64,000 bases of DNA. It comes from an uncultured bacterium. GTDB taxonomy: Bacteria; Patescibacteriota; Patescibacteriia; Magasanikbacterales; GWA2-37-8. The stretch spans positions 206,618-270,617 of the forward strand of contig CALCZC010000025.1 in NCBI GenBank assembly GCA_937903605.1, in the 5' to 3' direction. Below are positions 9,400 through 19,653 of the stretch, in pieces. The stretch's first letter is position 1; every line of letters starts with the position of its first letter. Made by a program: the position numbers and the translations under genes. The notes beneath the pieces were generated by a model. The model worked only from the letters and a program-made list of their open reading frames with translations. It did no database searches and was not told the origin of the DNA.

Positions 9400-10764
9400 T
9401 TAATAATCTCTCAACTTGGTGACAATATTCATGTTTTTTATTCTTTCCAAGGCCTTGGCTTCAATTTGACGGATACGTTCGCGAGTTACTCCGAATTCTT
9501 GTCCGACTTCTTCCAGTGTATGGGTTACCCCGTCGCTTAAACCAAAGCGCATTTCCAAAATTTTCTGTTCACGTGGTGCCAAATCTTTGATAGCACTTTT
9601 TACATAGTCGCGTAAAATTTGCAGCCCAGCAGATCTGTCCGGAGAAATATTTTTTACATCTTCAATAAAATCTTGTAAAGAAGAATTATCATCATCATCA
9701 CCGACAGATACTTCAAGAGATACAGTATCTTGAGAAATTTTGATAATATGATTGATTTTATCCACTTCTTCCCCCATTTCCGCCGCCAACTCCTCAGCGG
9801 TCGGATCACGTCCCAAATCTTGAAGTAATCGGCGTTGCACCTGTTGAAAACGATTGATAGTTTCCACCATATGCACCGGAATACGGATAGTACGCGATTG
9901 ATCAGCCAAAGCACGAGTGATAGCTTGGCGTATCCACCAAGTGGCGTAAGTGGAAAATTTATAACCTTTGCGATAATCAAATTTTTTAACCGCTCGAAAA
10001 AGCCCGATATTTCCTTCTTGAATCAAATCGAGCAATGATAGACTCTTACCGACAAATTTCTTGGCAATTGAAACTACCAAACGTAAATTCGCTTCAATCA
10101 ATTTTCTTTCAGCGGCTTTTTCTCCTTTTTCTTTTCTTTTGGCCAAAGAAACTTCTTCTTCGGTATTCAAAAGCGGAATTTTGCCGATTTCTCGTAAATA
10201 CATTTGAATAGAATCCGCAGATATTTGACCCAAATCAAATGGGGTAGCCATATCCGGTTGTTCTCCTTGAAACTCTTTTAATATTTCTTTGTGAGCTTCT
10301 CGGTTACCCAATAATCCTGTTTCATTTTCTACTAAAGAAAGACCGTTTTTTTCTATTAATTCCAGGAACCCTTCATACAAATCCAAATATCTCTCGGGTC
10401 TATTAAAAACAGTGTTTAATTCCACTTCTGTGATAAAACCCCTGCTTCTTCCTTTGTTTATCAAATTCCAAACTCTGTCTTCGCCAGGTTCTTTCACTTC
10501 TTCCAAAACAAAAGCGGGTTTGGTCTTTGCCTTGCTTTTTTTGACGATTTTAAAAACCTTTTTTTGTTTAATCGGTTTCTTGTTTTTTTTAAGTAAAACT
10601 TTTTTAAACGTTTTCTTTTTAGGTTTAACAATCATCTTTTTCTTTATCGGCTTAACAAGTTTTTTCTTAGCAACTTTCCTAGTCACACTTTTTTTCTTGA
10701 TAATCTTTACAACAATTTTCTTCGTCTTTTTGTTCTTTTTTTGTTTTATTCCGGATTTTTTCAT
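9400..10764 (-). CDS. rpoD: RNA polymerase sigma factor RpoD (sigma-70) with Lys-rich N-terminal extension
   Basis: Region 2 [13 protein letters not shown], region 4 helix-turn-helix; N-terminal ~90 aa is a K-rich low-complexity tail. Confidence 0.95.
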   Translation of the reverse strand: MKKSGIKQKKNKKTKKIVVKIIKKKSVTRKVAKKKLVKPIKKKMIVKPKKKTFKKVLLKKNKKPIKQKKVFKIVKKSKAKTKPAFVLEEVKEPGEDRVWNLINKGRSRGFITEVELNTVFNRPERYLDLYEGFLELIEKNGLSLVENETGLLGNREAHKEILKEFQGEQPDMATPFDLGQISADSIQMYLREIGKIPLLNTEEEVSLAKRKEKGEKAAERKLIEANLRLVVSIAKKFVGKSLSLLDLIQEGNIGLFRAVKKFDYRKGYKFSTYATWWIRQAITRALADQSRTIRIPVHMVETINRFQQVQRRLLQDLGRDPTAEELAAEMGEEVDKINHIIKISQDTVSLEVSVGDDDDNSSLQDFIEDVKNISPDRSAGLQILRDYVKSAIKDLAPREQKILEMRFGLSDGVTHTLEEVGQEFGVTRERIRQIEAKALERIKNMNIVTKLRDY

Positions 10765-10770
10765 AAATTT

Positions 10771-12564
10771 TTAAATTTTAATTTTGTTTAATTGTGAAAG
10801 CTCATTAAAATATTTTTCTACTTCTTTAGTATCACCTTTTTCTTGAGCTTCGTTTAATAAAAATTTTATTTTATCTTTTTCAGTTTTTAACCATTCTTTG
10901 CGCATGCCTTCAAAAATTTTACCAATTATTTCTTTTAATTCTTTGTCGTCCTTATCTCCAAATTCTTTTTCCCCTTTCATTAGTAATATTTCTGCAATTT
11001 CTTTTTGTTTTTGGTCGGGCAAAATCGTTTCTAAATTTTTTAAATCAAAAACGGCTTTATTATTATAACTGTTTTTAATATTTTCGTAAAGTTCGCTAAA
11101 TTCCGGCAAAGAAAAATAATTTCTGTCCATTTTTGATAAAATTTCTATAAAAAATCCCTGTTTTTTCAATAAAATAGCTAAGAATTGTTCTTCTAAAACA
11201 CGGCTACGACTATTAAAAAGTTCAGAAAAATTACTTTCTCCTTTTTCTATTTCTTTTTTAGTTTTATTAAATTCTTTTTTATTTAAACTTCTCATGGTTT
11301 GTCGCAATAGTTCTGTTTGAACACTAAATTTATCCGACATCTTTTGCAACCAGTAGTCTTGTTCTATTTGCTCGGGAATTTTACTTATTTGTTCCAACAA
11401 TTCCCCAGCAGCTTTCTTTTTTTGCTGTGAATCTTGTAAAGAATATTTTTTTAATATATTTTCAAAAAACCATTCCATGATGAATTTGGCTTCTTCCACG
11501 GATCTAAACCAAACTTCCGGATTTTTTTTCAAACACTCATCCGCATCTTTTCCGGAATTTTCCGGAATTTGAATAACTTTTACATTCATCCCCTGAGCTA
11601 TGGCTGTGTCTATCCCGCGCTTGGCTGCATTTTCTCCGGCGCTGTCTTTATCAAAAGCCATAGCTATATTTTTTGTAAATCTTTTAATCAGACTTATTTG
11701 TTCCGCCGTCAAAGCCGTACCTGAAGCTGCGATCACATTTTTCATTCCCGCCTGATGACAAGCCAATACATCCATCTGACCTTCCACTAAAACAACCAAA
11801 TCTTTGTTTTTTATTTCTTGTTTTGCTTTATTTAAACCGTATAAAACTCTAGATTTATCATAAATTTCCGTTTGCGGCGTATTAACATATTTACCCCCGG
11901 AATTTTCCGTTTCTATCAAAACTCTTCCTGTAAATCCGACAACATTACCATGCACGTCAAAAAGCGGAAACATGATTCTTCCACGAAAACGATCAAAATA
12001 TCCCGAACCTCTTTCTTTTTTGAGCGATAATCCTGCGGCTATGATATCATCTACATTAAAACCTTTTTTCAATAAATATTGGGTCAATAAATCCCATTGA
12101 TCAGAAACAAAACCTATTTGCCACTCCTTTATCATCTCTAAGCTTAAACCTCTTTTTTCTAAATATTCCCGCGCCGGTTTGGCTTGGATCATCTCCAATA
12201 AAAAGTGGTGAAAAAAATTAGCAGCTTTGGAATTTATTTCCAACAATCTGTTTTTCTTGTCCTTATTAACTTCAGTAACAAAATTTTGAGTTAGTTTTAC
12301 TCCGGATCTATCCGCTAACAATTTTAAAGCTTCCGGAAAATTTATACCCTCTATTTCTTGTAAAAAAGAAAAGATATCTCCACCCTTACCACAACCAAAA
12401 CAATGCCAGATTTGTTTTTCCGGGGAAATCATAAAAGAAGGAGTTTTCTCGTGATGAAAGGGGCAGTTAGCTTTCCAATAAGCACCTGCCTTTTTCACCG
12501 GTATATACTCCTCTATAAGTTGCTTGATATCTATCTTGTCTTTTATGGACTGGACATCAGACAT
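10771..12564 (-). CDS. dnaG: DNA primase DnaG
   Basis: CHC2 zinc finger CPFHHEKTPSF...HCFGCG; Toprim domain; directly upstream of rpoD (classic operon). Confidence 0.95.
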   Translation of the reverse strand: MSDVQSIKDKIDIKQLIEEYIPVKKAGAYWKANCPFHHEKTPSFMISPEKQIWHCFGCGKGGDIFSFLQEIEGINFPEALKLLADRSGVKLTQNFVTEVNKDKKNRLLEINSKAANFFHHFLLEMIQAKPAREYLEKRGLSLEMIKEWQIGFVSDQWDLLTQYLLKKGFNVDDIIAAGLSLKKERGSGYFDRFRGRIMFPLFDVHGNVVGFTGRVLIETENSGGKYVNTPQTEIYDKSRVLYGLNKAKQEIKNKDLVVLVEGQMDVLACHQAGMKNVIAASGTALTAEQISLIKRFTKNIAMAFDKDSAGENAAKRGIDTAIAQGMNVKVIQIPENSGKDADECLKKNPEVWFRSVEEAKFIMEWFFENILKKYSLQDSQQKKKAAGELLEQISKIPEQIEQDYWLQKMSDKFSVQTELLRQTMRSLNKKEFNKTKKEIEKGESNFSELFNSRSRVLEEQFLAILLKKQGFFIEILSKMDRNYFSLPEFSELYENIKNSYNNKAVFDLKNLETILPDQKQKEIAEILLMKGEKEFGDKDDKELKEIIGKIFEGMRKEWLKTEKDKIKFLLNEAQEKGDTKEVEKYFNELSQLNKIKI

Positions 12565-12588
12565 AAAATAAACTAAAAAGTTTAAAAT

Positions 12589-12690
12589 CCTAAGCTCTAA
12601 TTTCTAATTTCTAAATAATATTATCCACCATGGCGGACAAATATCAAAATTAAATATTTGATATTAGATATTGTTTAGAATTTAAGGCTT
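12589..12690. repeat. solo inverted-repeat pair of the AGCTCTAAT/TTTAGAA 7-bp-periodic family around a ~45-bp spacer (cargo-less version of the 13990-14444 cassette arms)
   Basis: CCTAAGCTCTAATTTCTAATTTCTAAATAATATT ... ATATTGTTTAGAATTTAAGGCTT. Confidence 0.45.
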
Positions 12691-12738
12691 TATTTTACTT
12701 AACTATCACAGATTTAAGCCAAAAAGTCAACCATCTGA

Positions 12739-13983
12739 CTATTCTTTCCTCAATGCTTCAATTGGATTTAAATTCGCCGCTTTTTGAGCGGGATAAAGTC
12801 CAAAAATTAAACCTATAATTCCTGAAAAACCAACTGCCAAAATTATAGATGAAAGTGGTACAATATAAACCCAAACAAAATTATAAGAAACAGCTACTAA
12901 GTAAATAATTAATGCAAAAATCGCACCCAAAATAATTCCCAAAATTCCACCACTTAATGTCAAAATAACAGCTTCAGATAAAAACTGCCAAAGAACATCT
13001 TTGTTGGTAGCCCCAACCGCTTTGCGTAAACCTATTTCAAAAGTTCTCTCAGAAACGGAAACATACATGATATTCATAATTCCAACTCCACCAACCAAAA
13101 GAGAAACACAGACTAGAGCGACTAATAGCAAAGTCAATCCATCCACTACACTTCCGAGCATCTGTGCCGCTTCTTCCATAGTGTTTACAGCAAAATCATC
13201 TTTGTTGGGATCGGTAATATCGTGGTTATCTCGCATTATTTCTTCTATTTCCGCTACTGTTTCTTTAATTTTTTCCCGATCTTTTACTTTGGCTATAATA
13301 TTTATAAAATAATCAACCCCTAAAATTCTCTTTTGCATGGTTTTAGCCGGCAAAATTATCAGGTTATCCATATCAAAACCGAAAGTCGCGCCACGTTTGG
13401 CCGCCACTCCGACAACTTTAAACGGCTTACCTTTTATATACACGGTTTTACCCACCGCTTCATCTTCACCAAAAAGAGCGTCTTTGGTAGCGTGACCTAA
13501 AATTGCCACTTGAGAAAGGGACTCTTCCTCTTCTTTAGAATAAACTCGACCGGAATCCAATTGAAATTTTTCCACTTCGGGAAAACTATAACCCTGTCCC
13601 CATAGTAAAGTTGTTTTATTTTCACTTTGGTATTTTACCACCGCTTGCCCAATAACAAGCCCGTAAGCTGATTCTATATTTCTATGTTTCCCCACATCTA
13701 TCAAGTCTCTTTCTTTCAAAGTGGTGATAGTAATTCCGGTAGCCATACCCATCGCATTTTCACTGGAGGTTTTTTTGGTCGCCGGCACTTTTACTTCCAC
13801 GGTAATGGTATTGGGTGAATAAATTTCTAACTGACTCATTACCATCTTATCCAAGCCTCGTCCCGCAGACATTATAGCAATAACCACCGCAATACCAATA
13901 CTCACTCCAAGAATTGTCAAAAGAGTGCGGGTTTTCTGCGCCAACAAAGCTTTAAATGCCAGTTGTAGTGAAGTTTTATTCAT
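12739..13983 (-). CDS. ABC transporter permease, MacB-like (MacB periplasmic domain plus FtsX 4-TM)
   Basis: 414 aa; N-terminal TM, large periplasmic domain, C-terminal FtsX-type TM bundle ending NPIEALRKE. Confidence 0.75.
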   Translation of the reverse strand: MNKTSLQLAFKALLAQKTRTLLTILGVSIGIAVVIAIMSAGRGLDKMVMSQLEIYSPNTITVEVKVPATKKTSSENAMGMATGITITTLKERDLIDVGKHRNIESAYGLVIGQAVVKYQSENKTTLLWGQGYSFPEVEKFQLDSGRVYSKEEEESLSQVAILGHATKDALFGEDEAVGKTVYIKGKPFKVVGVAAKRGATFGFDMDNLIILPAKTMQKRILGVDYFINIIAKVKDREKIKETVAEIEEIMRDNHDITDPNKDDFAVNTMEEAAQMLGSVVDGLTLLLVALVCVSLLVGGVGIMNIMYVSVSERTFEIGLRKAVGATNKDVLWQFLSEAVILTLSGGILGIILGAIFALIIYLVAVSYNFVWVYIVPLSSIILAVGFSGIIGLIFGLYPAQKAANLNPIEALRKE

Positions 13984-13989
13984 AACTTA

Positions 13990-14444
13990 GTAGAAATTCT
14001 AAGCTCTAATCCCTAAATCCTAAACAATATTTAATATTAAATAAAAAATTAATCTTTGAATATGATAGAACCGAATATTTTCATTAATTGTGTAGCTTCA
14101 TCTATTAAACTTTTTTGATTTTCTTCTTCTAGAGTTACAGATAATCTTAACCATAAAATAGATTCTTTTGCTTCTTTACGACAAATTTTAATTCTCATCA
14201 TAAAATCTTTTTGACTCAACGCTTCACAAGCCTCTATATAATTTGCCGCCACAGAACCGGATGATCTAATAAGTTGTTTACCATATTCAATATTAGAAAT
14301 AGTTCTAGGCAAGCTTTTAATAAAATCTCTTACATTTCTTGCAAAAATAAAAGTTCTTTCTTCCAAATCGTAGTTTGTTCTTTTTTGTTTTTGAATTTCC
14401 TCCATTTTATATTGTTTAGAATTTAGAGCTTAGAAATTAGAGCT
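13990..14444 (-). mobile_element. IR-bracketed cassette carrying a four-helix-bundle (23S-IVS-type) protein gene, inserted between two MacB-like permease genes
   Basis: Left arm AAGCTCTAATCCCTAAATCCTAAACAATAT (13997-14030) and right arm ATATTGTTTAGAATTTAGAGCTTAGAAATTAGAGCTT (14406-14442) are imperfect inverted repeats that differ by one 7-bp unit. Confidence 0.5.
14049..14405 (-). CDS. four helix bundle protein (TIGR02436; 23S rRNA intervening-sequence protein family)
   Basis: 118 aa; ...GKQLIRSSGSVAANYIEA...EAKESILWLRL... matches the family signature. Confidence 0.8.
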   Translation of the reverse strand: MEEIQKQKRTNYDLEERTFIFARNVRDFIKSLPRTISNIEYGKQLIRSSGSVAANYIEACEALSQKDFMMRIKICRKEAKESILWLRLSVTLEEENQKSLIDEATQLMKIFGSIIFKD

Positions 14445-15680
14445 TCACTCGTAACGTAGTGCTTCTATTGGATCAAGTCTGCTTGCTTTACGCGCCGGAA
14501 TAATTCCAAAAACCAAACCTACTCCGACAGAAACAAAACAACCCAAAAATATCGCAGAAAAAGAAATAATGAATTCCCAATCATAACCCAACCCTTGAGC
14601 TATCCTAGCTACAACAAAAGAAATCATAACTCCCAAAAAGATTCCTATGATTCCACCAAGCGAGGTTATCATTACTGACTCTATCAAAAATTGAATGGTG
14701 ATATTTTTGTTTTTTGCACCCACTGCTTTACGCAACCCTATTTCTCTGGTTCTTTCTTGAACTGCGGCAAGCATAATATTCATAATTCCGACTCCACCCA
14801 CAAGCAGCGCGATAGCGGCTACGGCCACCAAAAACATAGTTAGGGCGTCAGTTATTTGTGTAACCGATTCCAATCCTTGCGCCATGGAACGAATGGAAAA
14901 ATCATCATTTTCCGGATTATCTATATCATGTCGCTCGCGTAAAACTATTTTGGCTTGATCCACCGCACTTTCTACATTTTTTGCTTCGTCAACTTTCAAT
15001 CTGGCAAAACTGACATGATCTATCCCAAGCAATAATTTTTGCGCCGTGGTCAAAGGGACAAAAATCTGGTCATCTTGATTTTGCATCCCGGAAACTCCTC
15101 TTTCTATCATCACCCCAATAACAGTAAAGAAGGTTTTTTTAATTTTTATTTGTTTACCGAGCGGATCTTCGTCCAAAAAAAGATCTCTGGCTGCATCATA
15201 GCCCAATACTGCTAATCTAGAATTTGTCTTTTCTTCTTCCTGAGTAAAAAATCTTCCTTTTTCAACTTTAGTGTCTTCCACCAAAAGATATTCGGCATTG
15301 ACACCGGTAAAATTAGTATCTATTTTTTGATCTTGCCAAGAAACAGTGTCTGTGCCTTTGACATAACCGGTACCGGCAATAAAATAAGGGATTTCTTTGA
15401 TCAGTTCTTTTATGTCGCCGTCAGTTAGAGTTGTTATAACCACACCCATCACCGAAGCCGGCGGACCTTTTTCATCCGCTTTACCTGGGAGTATACCTAC
15501 CAGATTTGTTCCCATACTTTTTACTTGATTGAGAATCAGACTTTGCGCCCCAGCACCAACTGACATTACTACAATCACCGACATCACGCCGATAACAATT
15601 CCAAGCATCGTCAAAAACGACCGAATTTTATTTCGGCCGATTATATGCCAAACATTTTTGATATTTTCAAAAATATCCAT
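14445..15680 (-). CDS. ABC transporter permease, MacB-like (second paralog)
   Basis: 411 aa; same architecture as 12739..13983; ends PIEALRYE. Confidence 0.75.
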   Translation of the reverse strand: MDIFENIKNVWHIIGRNKIRSFLTMLGIVIGVMSVIVVMSVGAGAQSLILNQVKSMGTNLVGILPGKADEKGPPASVMGVVITTLTDGDIKELIKEIPYFIAGTGYVKGTDTVSWQDQKIDTNFTGVNAEYLLVEDTKVEKGRFFTQEEEKTNSRLAVLGYDAARDLFLDEDPLGKQIKIKKTFFTVIGVMIERGVSGMQNQDDQIFVPLTTAQKLLLGIDHVSFARLKVDEAKNVESAVDQAKIVLRERHDIDNPENDDFSIRSMAQGLESVTQITDALTMFLVAVAAIALLVGGVGIMNIMLAAVQERTREIGLRKAVGAKNKNITIQFLIESVMITSLGGIIGIFLGVMISFVVARIAQGLGYDWEFIISFSAIFLGCFVSVGVGLVFGIIPARKASRLDPIEALRYE

Positions 15681-15684
15681 AAAA

Positions 15685-16410
15685 TTATTTTGCCAACTCT
15701 GTAGCTATTTGCGCGATCTGACGATTAATAACTTTTTCATCGCTTTCTATAACTCCGTCTTTGATACGTAAAATCCTTTTGGCATGTTCGGCAGTATAAC
15801 GTTCATGAGTTACCAAAATTATGGTTTTTCCTTCTTCGTTTAACGATTGTAATATTTTCATAATTTGTAATCCAGATTTACTATCTAGATTTCCTGTTGG
15901 TTCGTCCGCAAAAATAATTGAAGGGTTGTTAACTAAAGCACGGGCTATCGCCACTCTTTGTTTTTCGCCACCGGATAATTGCGAAGTATAATAATTTAAA
16001 CGATGTTCCAGTCCCACATTAACCAAAGCTTGTTTAGCTTTATAAACGCGGATATTACTATTACTCACCCCATCATAAAGGAGCGGCAACATTACATTTT
16101 CCAATACCGTAGTTCGCGGTAAAAGATTAAAAGATTGAAAAACAAAACCTACTTCTTTACTCCTCATCTGTGCCAATTCATCATCATTTAACTTACTGAC
16201 ATCTCTGTCTTTAAAAAAATATTTTCCACAGCTGCTTTTATCCAAAAAACTCAAAATATGCATAAGCGTGGATTTACCTGAACCGCTCGGACCCATTATC
16301 GCCACAAATTCACCTTCTTCTATTTGAAAGCTCATTTTATGAAGTACGGGTGTCACTACCTCGTCATTCACATACTCTTTACATAAATCTGTAACTTTTA
16401 TCAATGACAT
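15685..16410 (-). CDS. ABC transporter ATP-binding protein (MacB/LolD-type)
   Basis: [37 protein letters not shown]. Confidence 0.85.
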   Translation of the reverse strand: MSLIKVTDLCKEYVNDEVVTPVLHKMSFQIEEGEFVAIMGPSGSGKSTLMHILSFLDKSSCGKYFFKDRDVSKLNDDELAQMRSKEVGFVFQSFNLLPRTTVLENVMLPLLYDGVSNSNIRVYKAKQALVNVGLEHRLNYYTSQLSGGEKQRVAIARALVNNPSIIFADEPTGNLDSKSGLQIMKILQSLNEEGKTIILVTHERYTAEHAKRILRIKDGVIESDEKVINRQIAQIATELAK

Positions 16411-16411
16411 A

Positions 16412-18136
16412 TTAACGAGTTGAAATGATTATTTCTTCGTCTTGTTGTAGACCTTCTAGGATTTCCACCTTACCGTCATCAGCTCGTAAACCGGTAACAA
16501 TCTGTCTATCCTGAGCTTGGCCGTTTACCAAAACCCGCACAAAACGACCGTTATCTCCGGACCTTAACGAACGACTCGGAATATACAAAACATTTTCACG
16601 TTTATCGGTTTTCAAAACGACGTTGGCGGTCATCCCGGATTTTATCTCCTTGTCAGTTTCTTCCAAAGCTACCTTTATTTTATAATAAACCACATCCTGA
16701 ATCACGGTAGCACTATAATCAATATTAACGAGTTTACCGACAAATTTTACTTCATCACCATAAGCGTCTAGAGTTATTTCCGCCGCATCATTTAATTTTA
16801 TTTTTGCTACATCGGTTTCGGGAATGTCCACAGTAATTTCAAAATGCGGTGTCAATAAATTGACCATTTTTTCCGACGGCATTATTTGTTCACCGACTTT
16901 TTTATTTATTTTAGCTACCACCCCGTCAATCGGTGCGCGAATAATAGCTTTTTCTCTGTTGGCTTGAGCCTGATACAATAAAGCTTTCAAAGCCGCTACA
17001 TCAACTTCTCTTGGCGGATTTACCCTGCTTTGATAACTAGCCAAAGCCTGATTATAGGAAGCTTGTTTGATATTAATATTATTGGTTACTGTATTTTTTA
17101 CAGTATTCAAATCGCTAAGCGCTTTATCATAAGCCAGCTTATAAGTACTATAACTGTTTTTGGCGTTAAAAATATTTTGTTTTTGTAAAATAATATTAGA
17201 GTAGTTGGTGGCAATAGTTGAGCGCTGAGTTTCGATAGTGGTTTTCTTGGCATCAAGCGCAGCTTGGGTCAAAGTACCAACCGGCGGAGTTGCGCGCAAA
17301 ACATCACCGACCATAGTTAGTAAAGTATTCATAGAAGAAAGAGCTTCTTCAATAGCATCCAGACCGTTATCAATCTCTATATAAACACTCTGTGAAGTCA
17401 AAGACAAGGTTTTATTTTTTGCCTCATTTATTTTTTCTTTAGTCAAAGGGTACTGATTTTCCGCTTGAATTTTTTTACTACTATCAAGCGCGGATAAATA
17501 AGTTTCAAAATCGTCATTGGCTAGCTTATTATCAATTCCCAAAATATTATCCGCCTGGGTCAAAGCGCTATCCAAAGCACTGCCGGCGGTTTTAATATAA
17601 GCCACGGCAGTTTTGTAAGCACTATCGACTATAGCACTACTATCGCCGCCTTCAGCCATTTTTAAATTATTTTTAGCAGTTTCCAAAGCTGTTTCCGCTT
17701 GGGCTACGGCGCTTAGAGAATCTACTCTGGCTTGATCCAAAGCTGCTTTGGCTGCATCCACAGCTGCCGCATAATACCTTTTGTCTTCGTCAGAAATTCC
17801 AGTTAAACGTTGTTGTAAATTAGCATTGGCTTGAGCCACAGCAGCATTGAGATCATCAGCTTTAAGTTCAGCCAAAATCTGGCCGGTTTTTACTTCCGCG
17901 CCTTCACTAACTAAAATTCTACCGACCGTACCGGACATCTCAAAATTTAATTTCAGATCTTGCGAAGATTCTATTTTACCGGTTGCATCCACTGTTTGTA
18001 CCAAATCACCGCGCATTACTTTCACTGTGTCGTATTGCGGCTCAGAGGGCGCTTTGAAGCGACCATAAGCAACAAAGGCAACGATAAGACCGACAATAAT
18101 TATCGCATAGAATTTTTTTTGTTTGTAAAAAGACAT
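16412..18136 (-). CDS. HlyD/MacA-family periplasmic adaptor (membrane fusion protein) with long coiled coil
   Basis: 574 aa; N-terminal TM, extended alpha-helical hairpin, C-terminal beta-barrel; first gene of the efflux operon. Confidence 0.7.
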   Translation of the reverse strand: MSFYKQKKFYAIIIVGLIVAFVAYGRFKAPSEPQYDTVKVMRGDLVQTVDATGKIESSQDLKLNFEMSGTVGRILVSEGAEVKTGQILAELKADDLNAAVAQANANLQQRLTGISDEDKRYYAAAVDAAKAALDQARVDSLSAVAQAETALETAKNNLKMAEGGDSSAIVDSAYKTAVAYIKTAGSALDSALTQADNILGIDNKLANDDFETYLSALDSSKKIQAENQYPLTKEKINEAKNKTLSLTSQSVYIEIDNGLDAIEEALSSMNTLLTMVGDVLRATPPVGTLTQAALDAKKTTIETQRSTIATNYSNIILQKQNIFNAKNSYSTYKLAYDKALSDLNTVKNTVTNNINIKQASYNQALASYQSRVNPPREVDVAALKALLYQAQANREKAIIRAPIDGVVAKINKKVGEQIMPSEKMVNLLTPHFEITVDIPETDVAKIKLNDAAEITLDAYGDEVKFVGKLVNIDYSATVIQDVVYYKIKVALEETDKEIKSGMTANVVLKTDKRENVLYIPSRSLRSGDNGRFVRVLVNGQAQDRQIVTGLRADDGKVEILEGLQQDEEIIISTR

Positions 18137-18195
18137 ACAAAATCAATTTTTAATTTTTAATTTAAAATTTTTAATTAGTTTTCAATATTCAATAT

Positions 18196-19647
18196 TTAAT
18201 TTTTTTCCCAATCCTGCGTTTCAACCATATATTCATTTTTTATCTTTTCAAAATAACTTTTCGCTTCTTCGTAGTTGTTACCTATCTTCCCGTCTAGAAT
18301 AGCTTCTTCGATATCTTTTTTTATTTTTCCGACTGTCGGCCCGGGTTTGAGATTACACTCTTTCATAATCTCATCTCCACGCACCGGTGATTGAAAAGCT
18401 CGCATCTTATCTATCTCCAGAACTTCGGCTATTCTTTTTTCCAAGTTATCATAATTTTTCAAACGCTGTTCTTTTTTATTAGGATTTCCAGTAGTAATAT
18501 CGCATCGCCCTAAAATCAATAATTCCGGCAAATTATCTCCCAAACCGACAATGAGACGTCGCACAGCAGAATCTGTAACACCACTATCCATTAGAGCTAT
18601 TGGGTGTTGATGCCAACGAACAATCTTAGTTACAAATTTTGCTTCTTCTTTGGACGTTTTCAGACGTCGACAAATATCATAAGCCATTTTCCGACCCAAA
18701 TGTTCGTGCTGATTAAAAGTCCAACCGGTTTTGGGTACAAACTTTTTTGTTCCCGGTTTACCAATATCGTGAAGTAAAGCGGCAAAACGTAATAAAACAT
18801 TTTCCGAATACAAAGCTACATTATCCACTACTTTGAAAGTGTGGACCAAATTATTTTTGTGCTGATGACCATAAACTTCTTCCACTCCGTCTAATTTACT
18901 AACCTCCGGTAAAACCATATCCATCAACCCAGTATGAAACATCAAAATCAAACCTATTGAGGGCTCTTTGGTAGAAAGAAGTTTAAATAATTCTTCTTTT
19001 ACCCTCTCTGCAGAAATTATCTTTAGTCTGTGACAATTTTTATTGATAGACTCCAAACATTTTTTTTCAATAGAAAAGTTTAGTTGCGAAGCAAAACGAA
19101 CCGCTCGTAACATCCGCAACGGATCTTCGCTAAAAGTTTTATCCGGATCAAGCGGGGTTTTCAAAACTTTTTCTTTTAAATCTAGCTGTCCATCAAAAGG
19201 ATCAATGACGTTTTTTTTAAAAATAGTCGGAGTAATTTTTTTTAACATTATTTCCACGGGTATAGCCATGGCATTAACGGTAAAATCACGTCGTAGTAAA
19301 TCTTGCTCTAAAGTTGTCGGACTAACTTGGGGTTTACGTGATTTTTTTTCATAGCTTTCGGTTCGCGCACCAGCAAACTCCAGCTCTACTTTTTCTTCTC
19401 CTTCTCCCAAAATATAACGAGCAGTATCAAAATCGGAAAATTCTACCAGACTCCCGACTTGTTTCATCTTTTCATCCAATGCTTTGGCAAAAGAAAGACC
19501 ACTTCCTACCACCACAAAATCCAAATCTTTTTTTTGTTCTCTACCAAGCAATATATCTCTTACCGCTCCACCAACTAAAAAAATAGGCGTCTTTTCTTTT
19601 TTCGCCACCGTAACAATCACTTTTAGAGCTTTGCTGTTCCAATCCAT
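18196..19647 (-). CDS. cca: CCA-adding tRNA nucleotidyltransferase with HD domain
   Basis: PolyA_pol head LVGGAVRDILLGREQKKDLDFVV; HD motif LLHDIGKP. Confidence 0.75.
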   Translation of the reverse strand: MDWNSKALKVIVTVAKKEKTPIFLVGGAVRDILLGREQKKDLDFVVVGSGLSFAKALDEKMKQVGSLVEFSDFDTARYILGEGEEKVELEFAGARTESYEKKSRKPQVSPTTLEQDLLRRDFTVNAMAIPVEIMLKKITPTIFKKNVIDPFDGQLDLKEKVLKTPLDPDKTFSEDPLRMLRAVRFASQLNFSIEKKCLESINKNCHRLKIISAERVKEELFKLLSTKEPSIGLILMFHTGLMDMVLPEVSKLDGVEEVYGHQHKNNLVHTFKVVDNVALYSENVLLRFAALLHDIGKPGTKKFVPKTGWTFNQHEHLGRKMAYDICRRLKTSKEEAKFVTKIVRWHQHPIALMDSGVTDSAVRRLIVGLGDNLPELLILGRCDITTGNPNKKEQRLKNYDNLEKRIAEVLEIDKMRAFQSPVRGDEIMKECNLKPGPTVGKIKKDIEEAILDGKIGNNYEEAKSYFEKIKNEYMVETQDWEKN

Positions 19648-19653
19648 AATAAA

